Shown: in pieces, positions 30,201 to 43,796 of the stretch
Layout: every line of letters begins with the position of its first letter
How positions within the stretch are numbered: the stretch's first letter is position 1
Origin: Eledone cirrhosa
Taxonomy: Eukaryota
Assembly (NCBI GenBank): GCA_964016885.1
Contig: OZ024751.1
Coordinates: forward strand, 49,910,001-49,974,000
DNA: 64,000 nt
Reading direction: 5' to 3'
Position numbers and translations under genes: made by a program
Notes under the pieces: generated by a model
Database searches by the model: none
Seen by the model: the letters and a program-made list of their open reading frames with translations, nothing else
What the model was told of the DNA's origin: nothing

Positions 30201-30634
30201 ATCCCGTTCCAGTTGCCCACTAACACTAAAGAGCGGGACGTTCCAAGAAAGGTCTCCAGACGCCGGAAGAAATCAGGCCGCCCTGCTCCTGTCGGGGCAT
30301 AGACGGCCACTAGCCTGAAAGCTTGCCCGTCTCCGCTGGTCACGTCCAGCACCACCAACCAACCTTCTGGGTCCAGGAAGATGGCCCGTATGGCGAAATG
30401 CAAACCTCTCCGAAAAAGCACAGCGACTCCTCCCCCCGATCCCGGACAGCTGGGAGATGCGTACACATCGTAGCCGCCGAAGATCGGTGCGAAGGCCCGT
30501 GCTTCGGAGATTCTGGTCTCGCTGATGGCCACTACATCTATGTTTAGTGACCTGAGGTCGTTGAGCAGGTGGCCCTGCTTCCATGACGACCCCAAGCCAC
30601 GCGCATTTATGCTGCCTATACTGAGTGAGGTCAT
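27219..30634 (-). pseudogene. Tx1 ORF2 (AP endonuclease + reverse transcriptase + zf-RVT), three frameshifts
   Basis: SINARGL, DVVAISET, VYAP, TDHK, GYWKLN (APE); GKSPG|DGLPYE; NFRSITLL, NLDQSKAFDRVDH, VRQGCPLS, AYADD (RT); CPRC..DETVLHALVQC (zf). Breaks near 29250, 27900 and 27420. Confidence 0.93.
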
Positions 30635-30901
30635 GTTGAAATGGAGTGGAAAAGATGGGAAAGACCACTTACCTTACTTCTCGTAGAGGAAGGATGGTTT
30701 TCCATCCTTTTCACTGCTTGTGGCCTCCTCCGGAAGGATGTCCTTATAAATCCTCCTGGAGAGTGTTTGTCGGAAGTCTCCGATGTCTTTGGGGAATTTT
30801 TGTTTTAGTGTCGTGTACGTTTTCTGTGTGATTTGTATGTGTGTAGGTGGTGTGAACTTTTGGGTTGTTGTGTAGTCTTTTTCTCTGATGCTGGTGTTGT
30901 G

Positions 30902-32614
30902 TTACATGTAGTGTAATAATTGGTTGTTGTTCAAATTTAATGCTGTGTAGTGTGTATCGTTTTGGTTGTTTTGTTTTGTTTGCGTTTGTTGTGGGTTTGT
31001 TTCTGTTACGCTTTTTGGTGACTTTTGTGGTGTTGGTGATGGTGATGGTGTTGGTGTTTGTGGTGATGGGGTTGGTGATGCTGGTGTGGATGGTGGCATA
31101 TCTGTCTTAACTTTCTTGTTCGATAATTTATTCGTTTCCCTCTGTATTTTGTTTTTGGAGGGGGAAGGAAGAGAATTTTTTCTTTTTTGGTTTCTTTTTT
31201 TCTTTTTTCCTGATACCGTTTCCCACTCCTCGTCGTCACAATCTGTCTCCAGTTGCGATAAGCCGGTGAGTGGAAAATCCTCCACAGGCGTTGGTTTTGG
31301 TTGTGGCGTGGTGGATGGTGTAGGCGCTGGTGCTAGTTCTGGGGTGTTGGGTGGTGGTGGTGTTGGTTTTTGCTACTGTTGCTGGGGTTGTTGCTGTTAC
31401 AGTTGCTTCTGTTGTTGCTGCTACAGTTATTTCTGCCATTTCTGCTGCTGGTGGTGTTGATGATTGAGTCACTGGGGTGGGTAAGAGAGGTGACCTCAAC
31501 CTTTTAGCCTGAGGGCAGAAAGCCCTTAGATGGGTTCCTTCACCACAAACGACACACCTAGGTCTCCTTCCCTCGACGATTACGGTGAGGTGGCTACCAT
31601 CAGTGAGGTCTATTACCTCTGGGATCTCTTCAATGCTTTTATGGTCCGCTTGGATCAGGAGCTCCATCCCAGATCCGGACCAGTTCTCCTGCTTTTCTTT
31701 TGCTATTTCTATTATTTTGGTGTTGGCCTCGATGCCGGCGAGGACGGCAGCCATTAGACGGGAAATTTCGATGGCCGGTGGAACGTGGGTCAGCCTGATC
31801 TTCACAAGTCTCTGGCCACAATAGTTTGGGATGAGTGTGAAGTCGTCACTTCTTAATGGGGCCATGGAGTGTTCTCTGGCCTCCTGAGGTGTTTCAAAGA
31901 ACACGTCCACGGTTCCATACGTCTGCCCACGTCTGATGTGGGGTTTTTTTTGCCCACACATGTCCCAAAGCTTTTTGGATTTGGGACTCGGATGCCCGTT
32001 CCACTCGGCGCGATTTTATGTTAATTGTCCGATAGGACACGGTGCATAGGCTACGTTACTCCATTTTATTAGGTGGGGGTGAGGCTGACCCTGTACCCAT
32101 CTTTCTTTACCTTTTTACCTTCTTTCCTTTGGCTTCTTCTAATTCCTCCTGAGTTACCTGGATCGCTTCGCACGTTTTTGCTACTCTGGCAAAACTCAGG
32201 GTAGTTTTCTTAATTTCATTGTTGCTGTTGTTGTTATCGTTATTTTTGCTACTGTTAATTTTAGTTTCAGTTGTGGTGGTGGTGGCGTCAGTGGTGTTCG
32301 GTGTGGAAGAGTTCATTTTGGTTGAATTCATTTCGATATCACGAGTTAATTTATTTTTTCTTTTGTTTCTGTTGTCGCTGTGGTGGTGGTGGTAGGGTGG
32401 TGGTTGTCGCGGTGGTGGTGGTGGTGGTGGTGGTGGTGGCGGCTTTAACACCTGCATTCATTGGTAATGGCGGGAAATGAACGTCTACCTGAGACAAATT
32501 TAAAATATTGCTACTGCTTACAACTCCAGTGTTGGCAAACATAGAAATATTTACAATGGTGGTGTCGGTGTGAGGTGTTGGATTGTGAGGAAGGAGTGAC
32601 TCTGAGTCATCCAT
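30902..32614 (-). pseudogene. Tx1 ORF1 (gag-like, CCHC knuckle), split by frameshifts
   Basis: Fragments 32351-32614, 32107-32457, 31236-31961 (GRRPRCVVCGEGTHLRAFCP) and 30902-31285 (EEWETVSGKKKKR). Confidence 0.8.
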
Positions 32615-33475
32615 TATTTTTCAAAGAAAAATTTTTTGTTTGATAATTATAAAAAGTTTAAATTTTGGGCTCAAGGCCCCAATATTTTTGAGTTTCCTTT
32701 TCAGAAATCAATGTATGTGCACTTATATACAGTTAACAATAAAAAATTTTGCATTAATGGCAATTTTAAATAACTGAAAATAACAAACCTTTGCGGAGCT
32801 CACGATGATACGATTTACTACGTAGGTCGCCAATAATAATAATAATTATAATTATAATAATAATTTTTTCTACTTTGTTTAATAATAACAACAACGACAA
32901 CCACAACCACAGGGATGATGAAGATGATAGCAGCAATGTTTGTGGTTAAATAAAGAGAATCGGTTAAGCTAAGAATAAAATCAAAACAAGTGATTTTTGA
33001 AAAGCAAACCCGAGGGAAATATGCAGATAACTACTTCTTTAAATCTAATTTCACTTACTGAGTGTTGCCTCAGAAAATCTAATGAACACTTTCAAACTTA
33101 AATATCGGTAACGATGTGGAATATATGTCATATAGAATAGGCTTAAATTTTTACCATTTTTAGGCATTTTCCCGCTTTTGGTGTTGTTTTCTTTTTGTAT
33201 TTTCTTTTTTTTTTTCGTTTTTATTAGTTTTTTTAACATTTTTTCGTTCGTTTTTTTCTTGTCAGATTTTCGTTATTATTTTTTTTATTTGTTCTGTTCA
33301 ATAATATTTTTATATAGACTTTCAAAACAATAACCATCCAAAAAATATATATGTATATATGTATGAATATGTATATGTATATATTTATATATATACATAT
33401 ACATATTCATACATATATACATATATATTTTTGGGATGGTTATTGTTTTATATACATATATATTTTTTGGATGGT

Positions 33476-33585
<110 letters not shown>

Positions 33586-33641
33586 ACACATATACACATA
33601 CATATATATATATATACATATACATATACACACACATATAT

Positions 33642-33729
<88 letters not shown>

Positions 33730-34590
33730 ATGTGTATATACAGTTATGTTAGTGAATTATGACACTGACTATATAGAATTTACTTTTAGAAAGTAAATGT
33801 TGACGGGAAACTCAAATTCACTGGCAATATTTTCTTTCTAAATATATAAACAGACATACAACTACGTACATACATATATACATATATCAATTGTTCGATC
33901 TAATAACTGCATAGACACATGTACAGATACACATGTACATATACACATGTACATATACATATGTACAGATACAAAGCATATCCACATATCCACATACACA
34001 CATATAACTCAAAACATACACATCCACAGATACAATAACCTCCATACCTGCGCACACACACATGCATGCAGACATGTAGACATATCTACTTAGTTGATGT
34101 GTAAATCCCAATGAGAGAGTCTTGTATCTATGTTAGAAACCGACTCTCTCTATAGGTAAAAATTTATGAAATTATAAGACCAGAAGAACATACATACACA
34201 CACAACTACATACATTCATCAATACAGACCGACGGACAGACAGACAAACAGACTGACTGACAAACAGACATATACGTAGATCATGCATAGATATATATGA
34301 GTGTGTGTGTGTGTGTGTGTATGTGCATGTATATAAGACGTATATAATAGAAGTGTATATGAAAGCATATAACATGACTACGTTAATATGTCTCGCTATG
34401 GTAGCTTAAGCTGTGATCATAACACAGCTACCTCAGTTTCCATGTAAATCACTACATTGCCCACTAACGTGATTTCTATTTCTATAGAAACAAAATAAAC
34501 CTCACTTCATCACATCTTCATATGCAAATCTATCTTAATTAATATGTTAATTATCTTAATACTTAATAATTTTCCTTGTTCTACTTTCAG

Positions 34591-34659
34591 ACCCAGTACA
34601 AATACTTCCATCCTCGACGACAGTAAGACCCACCCCGCCTTTACCACCTAGAGCACAAG
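34591..34659 (+). CDS. Probable 69-bp internal exon (Pro/Thr-rich linker) of the same OLF gene
   Basis: Acceptor ttttccttgttctactttcAG and donor CAAG|GTAAGA. Phase 1-1, open frame PVQILPSSTTVRPTPPLPPRAQ. Splices in frame (G+AG=Glu) onto CAIKVFGKP of the 52463 exon across a 17.8-kb intron. Confidence 0.65.
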
Positions 34660-35464
34660 GTAAGATACAAATATTCTATTGACATTTAACATAAAATATT
34701 GAACCTACATATTCCTATACTAATTGTACAAATCTTATAAATGTATTTTTTATATATCTATCTTTATGTTTACAATTATATATGATTATAACTAATACAT
34801 CTTTATGCTAAAACATCTTTACTAACAAAATTCAAAGTCGTTAATTAATTAATATTTAATTTTGTATAGAAACATTTTATTTATATTTTAATTTTATGTT
34901 GTAAAACTTGTTTTGTTTAACATGGGTGGATCAATAATAATGATGCACAAAATTGTATAATATATGTCTAATTAACAGTTATACATCGTTTGTATGATAT
35001 CTAATTAAATGGCTGAACGTCTGTGATAATTTGTTCATGAGATTATATTTCTCTAGACTCTGTAATTTCCTCATTAGATTCTATGTTTGCAATAATTATA
35101 TTTACACTACGATCTATGGTCCCAGGCTGGTCTTATCTGAGCAGTAACAGAAACGACCGACATCTTATTTGCTATGGTTCCCTTTGTTTAAAGTGTAATT
35201 AAGTTAGCTAAAATTTCAATACTAATTGAACACAAGCTTTTATTACTCAGTGCTTAAGAGCTTACTTCTAAACCACATATTTCTGAATACGATCAGTTTT
35301 TCTCATTCGTTTTCTAGTACTGGGATAAATTTGTCAAACTTACATTATTGAAAATTTACATAAATAACCAAATTAGAAACATATGTACCCAGATATTTAT
35401 TTCAAAGCATTTTAGTTATCAATAAATGTATAACATTGCATTAATTTTCACTCTAAAAAAGGGC

Positions 35465-35571
35465 GAGAATAAATCGAAGATACAATCTCTTGGGACGGAG
35501 AAAGTAGATTGTCCCACAGGCGCTTATCTACTTTTGTCCACCATAAAGGGTTGTATCTCGTATTTATTCTC
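35465..35571. repeat. Degenerate inverted repeat
   Basis: GAGAATAAAT..AGATACAA..AAAGTAGAT / ATCTACTTT..TTGTATCT..ATTTATTCTC. Confidence 0.55.
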
Positions 35572-36174
35572 AACTATTTCATACTTATTAATTATATGAT
35601 GTGATACTTTGTGAAGTAAAACGAGCTATGAAATTTCAATTTTACTACACGTTTCGTAAACGTTCTATCGTTTACAGATATTTTTGTATTAATTTATTTG
35701 TTCATGTAAATTAATATATAAACTTATACAGGTTTCTTCTCCATTTAATATCCCCACTAGTTTTTTACTCTTGTCCATTCTTCATCTCTTACTTATTTAG
35801 TCAAGACAATAGAGTGGTAATATTAAGGAGCACAGTAAAGGAAACTCCTGATTTGAGGCAGCTGTCAAGGAGAACAAGGCGATATATTTCACTGTTCTGT
35901 GGTGCTCTAGGAACAGTAGTTTCTAGATTCTCCTTTTCTTGCTATTATATGCTTTCTCAATGTCTTTTACATTCCAACTCCTCTCTGTATAAAACATCTT
36001 CACGTCACTAAAACTACCACATTTGTAACCGCTTGGTTTCAGTCCTGTACCATTAGTTTCACCAAACTTACTTTAGTAGCCACAATATTGTATGACACTA
36101 GAATGTCTTCAGAACAACAACAGCGACAACAAGAACATCAACCAAAACAACAACAACAATAATAATGATAGTGA

Positions 36175-36584
36175 TGATTTCTACTTTAGGCACAAGTCCA
36201 GCAATTTTAAGGGGAGGGAAAGTCGACCAAATCGACCCCAGTGCTTACTAGTGCTTTATTTTATCGACCATGTAAGGATGAAAGGCGAAGCTAGCCTCAG
36301 CAGGATTTGAACTCAGAACGTAAAGGTTCGTAACAATATGCCACAAAGCATGTTGTCCGACCTTCTACCGATTCTGCCAACCCACCGCCTAATAATTGTT
36401 TCTATTTTTGGCACAAAGCCAGCAATTATCATAGTGCCTTACTGGTACTTTATTTCATCGACCCCATATGGATGAAAGGCAAAGTTAACCTCGGTGGGAT
36501 TTGAAATGAGACCGTAAAGGGCCGTAACTCAATACTGCAAAACATAGCATCCGACCTTCTACCAATACTGCCAATCCACCACCC
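36175..36584 (-). mobile_element. Two tandem SINE copies (long and short subfamily)
   Basis: 36175-36390 carries the extra GGGAAAGTCGAC..ATCGACCCCAG segment; 36393-36584 is the short form. Confidence 0.82.
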
Positions 36585-37001
36585 AATAGTAATAGTAATT
36601 ACTAGCAAAGGACCTCATGTAGGTAAAAACATCAAATATATTGAAATAAACAAGATAAAATCAGATAAAAATGCCCGCTATATATAAAACAAGACACAAG
36701 AAAAATAGAGAACGCTATTTTGTACAATTACAGGATTAAAAGATTGCCTGCCTTAGTTTTACAATTAACTTAGCTGGAAATAATTGGAACAAAGTAGAGG
36801 TAAAAGCTTTTCAATTAAGTGTTCTACATTTTATATTTTGTCGAATTGGATAAAGACACATACAGCAATGTGTCCACACAAACGTATATGTACTCACGTA
36901 TATATGTATGTGTATATATTTACCGCATTGTCTCAAGCAGATATACTTGTAACAAGCAATTATCTTTATTTACGTCTCTATATATTGCACATGTGTGTGC
37001 A

Positions 37002-37038
<37 letters not shown>

Positions 37039-37088
37039 TCATGCGTGTGTGTGCGTGTGTATGTATGCATTTATGTGCATATATATAA

Positions 37089-37158
<70 letters not shown>

Positions 37159-37221
37159 ATGTGTGTAGACTTAGCACTTTCCTGTAAACAAGTGCTATTA
37201 TGCCTCATATCATCTTACCTT

Positions 37222-37289
37222 ATTTTATCTGATGAGAACACAATTTTTGTCCCAGGATGATTTTGTATTCGAAATGCGCATAATAAAAT
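37222..37289 (+). ncRNA. Type I hammerhead ribozyme (PLE 3'-end remnant)
   Basis: ATTTTAT-CTGATGA-GAACACAA...TTGTATTC-GAAA-TGCGCA-TA-ATAAAAT. 7-bp stem I, canonical G10.1-C11.1, palindromic ATGCGCAT stem III. ~40-bp tail then (TA)n. Confidence 0.82.
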
Positions 37290-37323
37290 TAATGGAGCTC
37301 TTTTAACATTCTTTTAATTTCTT

Positions 37324-37702
<379 letters not shown>

Positions 37703-37703
37703 G

Positions 37704-37967
<264 letters not shown>

Positions 37968-38684
37968 GTATAAAAATCAATACAATATAATTACCTCATT
38001 ACCAGAGGTTCCCCGAATGAGGCGAATACGAAATAAACGACTTCATTCGTTCGTCAGACGAGGCAATATAAAACATGGGTAAATACTTAGAAAAACTCAT
38101 CAAGAAAATCAAAAAAAGATATAGACAAATGAAATAGAAATTTAAATATATAAAAATCTATCAAGAAATATAGTTAGGTGTGTGTATATGTATGTATATA
38201 CGCTCACAGATGTGCATATATGTATATGCACAGATGTATACGTATAGTGAGAAAGTGTGCGTAATTCTAAAATTCAGGGCAAATGTATCTGAATGTCTGT
38301 AATCTACGGACAGAATAGTTACATCATAAATATATGAATATGAAGGCGCGCGCATAAAACGCCTGCACACTCGTACACTTAGATGCGGAAGTAAAAGAGG
38401 TAAGGGAGTGTAATAATTAAAGGAAAGTATCAATCTCGATATATTTATAAAAATGTAACAATAAATTAGAAAGAAAAAATATGTTTAGAAAGAAAAAATG
38501 TTTAAAAGAAAAAATTAAAGAAAAGAAGACAAAAAAAAGGGTACATACATACACAGACACGCATGTCTCACAAAAGAAATGCAAAAATATATATGCTTAT
38601 ATACACACGCGCACTTACACATCCATACGTTCGATACGTACATACACACACACACACACACACATACTTACACTTACGCATATT

Positions 38685-39849
38685 GGTCGGCCTATTCCCC
38701 TTACATACACTTATAGAAAAATTTCCTAACCATATTTTTGGGCTTTATCGCGACGATGGTCTAATACTTTCCCATACCTCCATAGGCCATAACTTAGATA
38801 GATTAAGGAAAGACTTAATAAAAACCTTCGCTAGTTTTAATCTTAAAATTACTATTGACACTAACCTTTCCAACGTAGATTTCCTAGATATAAACCTAGA
38901 TTTGCCTACTGCTTCTTATAAACCATACCATAAACCTAATGAAAACTTAAAATATATAAATAAAGGATCTTGCCATCCACCTATAGTTTTTAAAAACCTT
39001 ATCCCTAATATTAGCCGTAGGATCTCCACCCTCTCTTCCTCAGAAGCTATTTTTAATAAGGCATCCCCCTACTATAATAAAGCCCTCCAAAATAGCGGTT
39101 TTAGCGAACCGATTAAATACATACCTAACTATACTAACTCTATTAAACATAAAAATAGGAAAAGAAAAATAATCTGGTTCACACCCCCCTACTCTCTAGC
39201 AGTTAAAACTAATGTAGGCAAAAAATTCCTTGAGCTCCTAGATAAACATTTCCCTAGAACACATAGATACTATAAGATCTTTAACAGAAACTGTGTTAAA
39301 ATTAGCTATTCCTGCGGTCCCCCTATTAAGTCCTATATCCTCAACAAAATATCACCTAGAGAAAATCAAACTTGCTCCTGTAGAATCAAAAGTGAATGCC
39401 CATTACAAGGTAAATGCAACACCAAAGCCATTGTATATGCGGCTAAAGTGACAACCATCAGCAACAACCATCCAGCCACCAGTGAACGATATGTGGGTAT
39501 GACGCAAGACAAATTCAAAACGCGTTATTACTCACATGTCGCATCCTTTCGACATCCAGAAAAAAGATTTACAACAGCTCTGGCTAGCAGAATTTGGGAT
39601 TTGAAAGACCATAGCATCCAATATAAATTAGAGTGGTCAATTTTGAACCAATCTAAAAAATATGCTAGAGGAACAAGAAAATACACGCTCTGCATAAATG
39701 AAAAATATTGGATATTGCAAAATCTAAAATCACCAAAGACCTGCCTGAACACAAAGACGGAAATTTTCACCAGTTGCCCACACATGAAATCACACCTGCT
39801 TTCCAGCTCATATAAACTTAACACACTTTCAGATACTTATCCTCCATAA
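38685..39849 (+). pseudogene. PLE ORF fragment: C-terminal RT + Cys linker + GIY-YIG endonuclease
   Basis: GLYRDDGL catalytic motif, VDFLDINLDL, YKPYHKPN, IIWFTPPYS, CSCRIKSECPLQGKC linker, IVYAAKV...YVGMT..FKTRYYSH GIY-YIG. The first ~40 aa of track ORF 38563 come from the inverted repeat. Motifs and (TA)n bias fit the Hydra clade of C-terminal EN+ PLEs (from recall). Confidence 0.9.
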
Positions 39850-40375
39850 ACTCTTATTATTCTCTTTTTAATTACCCTTTCTGACTTACTTTCATTTTTA
39901 TCCTTGTCAATAATTTCATTTATTTTTATTTTTATTTTTATTTTTACTTCACATCCACCCCCCCCCCCCCCTTTATTCTCCGATTCACTTTCCATTTTTT
40001 ATTCCCCTTCTTTTACTTCCCTTTTTCCTCCACTAACTGATTACACTTGTCTTTTGTGGTTTTCAATCCAGATATATTTTTCATTTTTATTTTTATTTTT
40101 ATTTTTATTTTTATTTTTATTTTTATTTTTATTTTTATTTTTATTTTTATTTTTATTTTTATTTTTATTTTTATTTTTATTTTTATTTTTATTTTTATTT
40201 TTATTTTTATTTTTATTTTTATTTTTATTTTTGCGCAGCCTATCTTACAATTTTATATTTGTACTTATTTATCCACAAGTTTTTTACACCCTGTATCAAT
40301 ATGGCTGAACGCCTTAATGTGTGTATACTTTTATATACGTACATGAGTGACTACGTATGTGCGCGCGCGTGCGTG

Positions 40376-40476
<101 letters not shown>

Positions 40477-41255
40477 ATATGTGTGTGTGTGTGCATGTAT
40501 ATATTAAGCGTATGTGTATGTGTCTTTATATCCGTGTTTTTGACATCTCGGTTTTATGTTTTGTTCCTTTTTTCTTCCCCCCCCCCTTTCCTTTTTTTAC
40601 TTACTCAGTTTTATGCGTGTGCATGCAAACAGGTTCATATGCGTGAGTGTAAGTATGTGTGTGTGTGTGTGTGTGTGTATGTACGTATCGAACGTATGGA
40701 TGTGTAAGTGCGCGTGTGTATATAAGCATATATATTTTTGCATTTCTTTTGTGAGACATGCGTGTCTGTGTATGTATGTACCCTTTTTTTTTGTCTTCTT
40801 TTCTTTAATTTTTTCTTTTAAACATTTTTTCTTTCTAAACATATTTTTTCTTTCTAATTTATTGTTACATTTTTATAAATATATCGAGATTGATACTTTC
40901 CTTTGATTATTACACTCCCTTACCTCTTTTACTTCCGCATCTAAGTGTACGAGTGTGCAGGCGTTTTATGCGCGCGCCTTCATATTCATATATTTATGAT
41001 GTAACTATTCTGTCCGTAGATTACAGACATTCAGATACATTTGCCCTAAATTTTAGAATTACGCACACTTTCTCACTATACGTATACATGTGTGCATATA
41101 CATATATGCACATCTGTGAGCGTATATACATACATATATACACACCTAACTATATTTCTTGATAGATTTTTATATATTTAAATTTCTATTTCATTTGTCT
41201 ATATCTTTTTTTGATTATCTTGATGAGTTTTTCTAAGTATTTACCCATGTTTTAT

Positions 41256-41333
41256 ATTGCCTCGTCTGACGAACGAATGAAGTCGTTTATTTCGTATTCG
41301 CCTCATTCGGGAAACCTATGGTAATGAGGTAAT
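41256..41333 (+). ncRNA. Type I hammerhead ribozyme in PLE pseudo-LTR
   Basis: Stem I ATTGCCTCGT/ATGAGGTAAT (10 bp with 2 G-U), CTGACGA 41266-41272, stem II CGAATGA/TCATTCG, GAAA 41311, stem III ACC-tat-GGT, GUA site. Pair 10.1-11.1 is an A-G mismatch. Confidence 0.8.
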
Positions 41334-41433
41334 TATATTGTATTGATTTTTATACATTAAATTTTGCTCTGATACTTACATAGAGCACTCTTCATTTCTA
41401 TGACCTTTTCTGTTTCCAACGGAAATTTCAATA

Positions 41434-41468
<35 letters not shown>

Positions 41469-41503
41469 TGGAACAGGTAATAGAATAAAAGAGAATACAT
41501 ACA

Positions 41504-41550
<47 letters not shown>

Positions 41551-41587
41551 TGGGGAACAGGTAATAGAATAAAAGAGAATACATACA

Positions 41588-41654
<67 letters not shown>

Positions 41655-42194
41655 GCCAGTTATTTCAACGACGCCATGCCAGGTATGTAGATTTCGTTGC
41701 TCTGATGACCAGCTTGTTCAAATATGCCGATGAAAACGAACCGGATATATATATAGTTGCCCACTTTATATAACTATCCGATTTTAATGCATTTGTCTGT
41801 AACGGACCTATAGCTACATCATTAGCTTTTAAGACTTCATTGTGTTATTGTTGTGTGTTGTGTTAGTTCATTTCAAAATGACGTTTGAACTACTCCTGTC
41901 TTTCCCGCTCTTTCTATGTCTCTCACTCTCTCTGAATCTATGTCATTTCACCCCACCCCCATCTCTCTCTCTCTCTCTCTCTCAATGTCAACATGAATGG
42001 ACCTGTTATTTTTATTATCTAAAGACATTTTTTCCAATTCCAACTCGCCCGTCCCTTCAGTCTTTCTTATTTCTCATTCCGAAATGTCAAGACCCTCTCC
42101 CTGTTATTTCAAGCGTTAACCTAATATATTCCTTCCATATACTGTACCGATTTTGATGTTATTTCTGTTTACCTTTTACATACATATGTATATA

Positions 42195-42305
<111 letters not shown>

Positions 42306-42365
42306 GTATATATATATGTATATATATATGTATATATATATATTTGGGTTTCGATTTCAGTCAAA

Positions 42366-42454
<89 letters not shown>

Positions 42455-42492
42455 TTAATATATATGTATGTATATATATATGTGTGTGTGTG

Positions 42493-42551
<59 letters not shown>

Positions 42552-42580
42552 TAATATATATGTATGTATATATATATATT

Positions 42581-42611
<31 letters not shown>

Positions 42612-42614
42612 ATG

Positions 42615-42662
<48 letters not shown>

Positions 42663-42690
42663 ACTCAATCTCTCTGTATCTATATCATAT

Positions 42691-42745
<55 letters not shown>

Positions 42746-43192
42746 CCTCTCTAGATTTACATTTACATATGTTTATACATATTTATTTATATATATATAT
42801 TTTTTATTTCGCATGTATTTTGTCTGTTTACTATATTTCAGATTCAAGTGGGATCGCCACAAGAGGCAGTGCCGGGTCTCTACACAGCTCTTCAACATAT
42901 ACTACTAAACTCACCTTAACATTCTTATCAATGTACGCTTAACTAACAAAACTAACCAACTATAAATACAGCACGAGCAGCAAACACAACGCAAATGTTT
43001 ATTCCTTTTATTCCATGTTATTTTCATTTACTTTTTCCTCTCTTTATTTTGTACTTTAATTCATAAATTCTTTTTATAATTTCTTCTTTTTTTAAGGACG
43101 AGCTTACCCTAAATACGATATCTTATTAAATTCTATTAGCTGTTTGCTATGAAATACGATCCCCACACACTCGTATTGTAGTAGTAATAATG

Positions 43193-43247
<55 letters not shown>

Positions 43248-43250
<3 letters not shown>

Positions 43251-43754
43251 CACATTCTGAGAAGTGGTATGAGCATAAGCCAGAGTCGGTAATAGAAAAC
43301 GATTAGGTGAAGGTGCTGTGGGATTTTAGGATACAGACGGACAAGAAACTGGAACACAATAGGCCTGACCTGGTGGTTTTGGACAAGGAAAAAAGATCGT
43401 GCCTGATTGTGGATGTGGCCTGCCCATTCGACACGAGAGTGCAAGAGAAGGAGAGGGAGAAAATTGACCGATACCAGGACTTAAAGTGGGAGGTAAAAAG
43501 GATTTGGAACTGCCATGAATTCAAAGTGGTCCCGATTGTCATAGGCGCACTAGGTACTATCTCAAAAAGTTTCCAGGGATGGTTAAAGAAAATTGGCCCC
43601 GCCACGCTTTTTGGAACGTTTCAAAGGCATGCTTGCTGGGAACAGCAAGAACCCTCCGATACGTCCTGAATATCTGAGGCTGTAGGTAGTGGCTTGATAT
43701 TCATTTCAACAAACTTTCCAGTTAACTAACATCAATGTCTGAGACTCAAAGAAC
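43248..43754 (+). mobile_element. Dong/R4-clade LINE 3' fragment (restriction-like endonuclease) in (TAA)n
   Basis: WYEHKPESV, LWDFRIQTDKKLEHNRPDLVVLDK..LIVDVACP, EKIDRYQDL, VVPIVIGALG (PD-(D/E)xK RLE). (TAA)n on both sides. Confidence 0.88.
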
Positions 43755-43796
43755 TATAATAATAATAATAATAATAATAGTAATAATAATGATAAT

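Larger units (their letters stand above)
26966..32830 (-). mobile_element. Near full-length Tx1/L1-clade non-LTR retrotransposon in (ATT)n, frameshifted
   Basis: ORF1 with zinc knuckle, ORF2 with APE-RT-zf. 3' end AATAAAGAAAGCAT(AATT..). (AAT)n on both flanks (26935-26965 and 32832+). Confidence 0.93.

Noticed and set aside
27168-31824. Plus-strand ORFs of 100-200 aa over the LINE
   Set aside because: Antisense shadows of GC-rich ORF1/ORF2.
41690-41750. CTGATGA...GAAAA hammerhead candidate (also 7930-7965, 18755-18785, 9800-9870)
   Set aside because: Stems I-III could not be paired convincingly.
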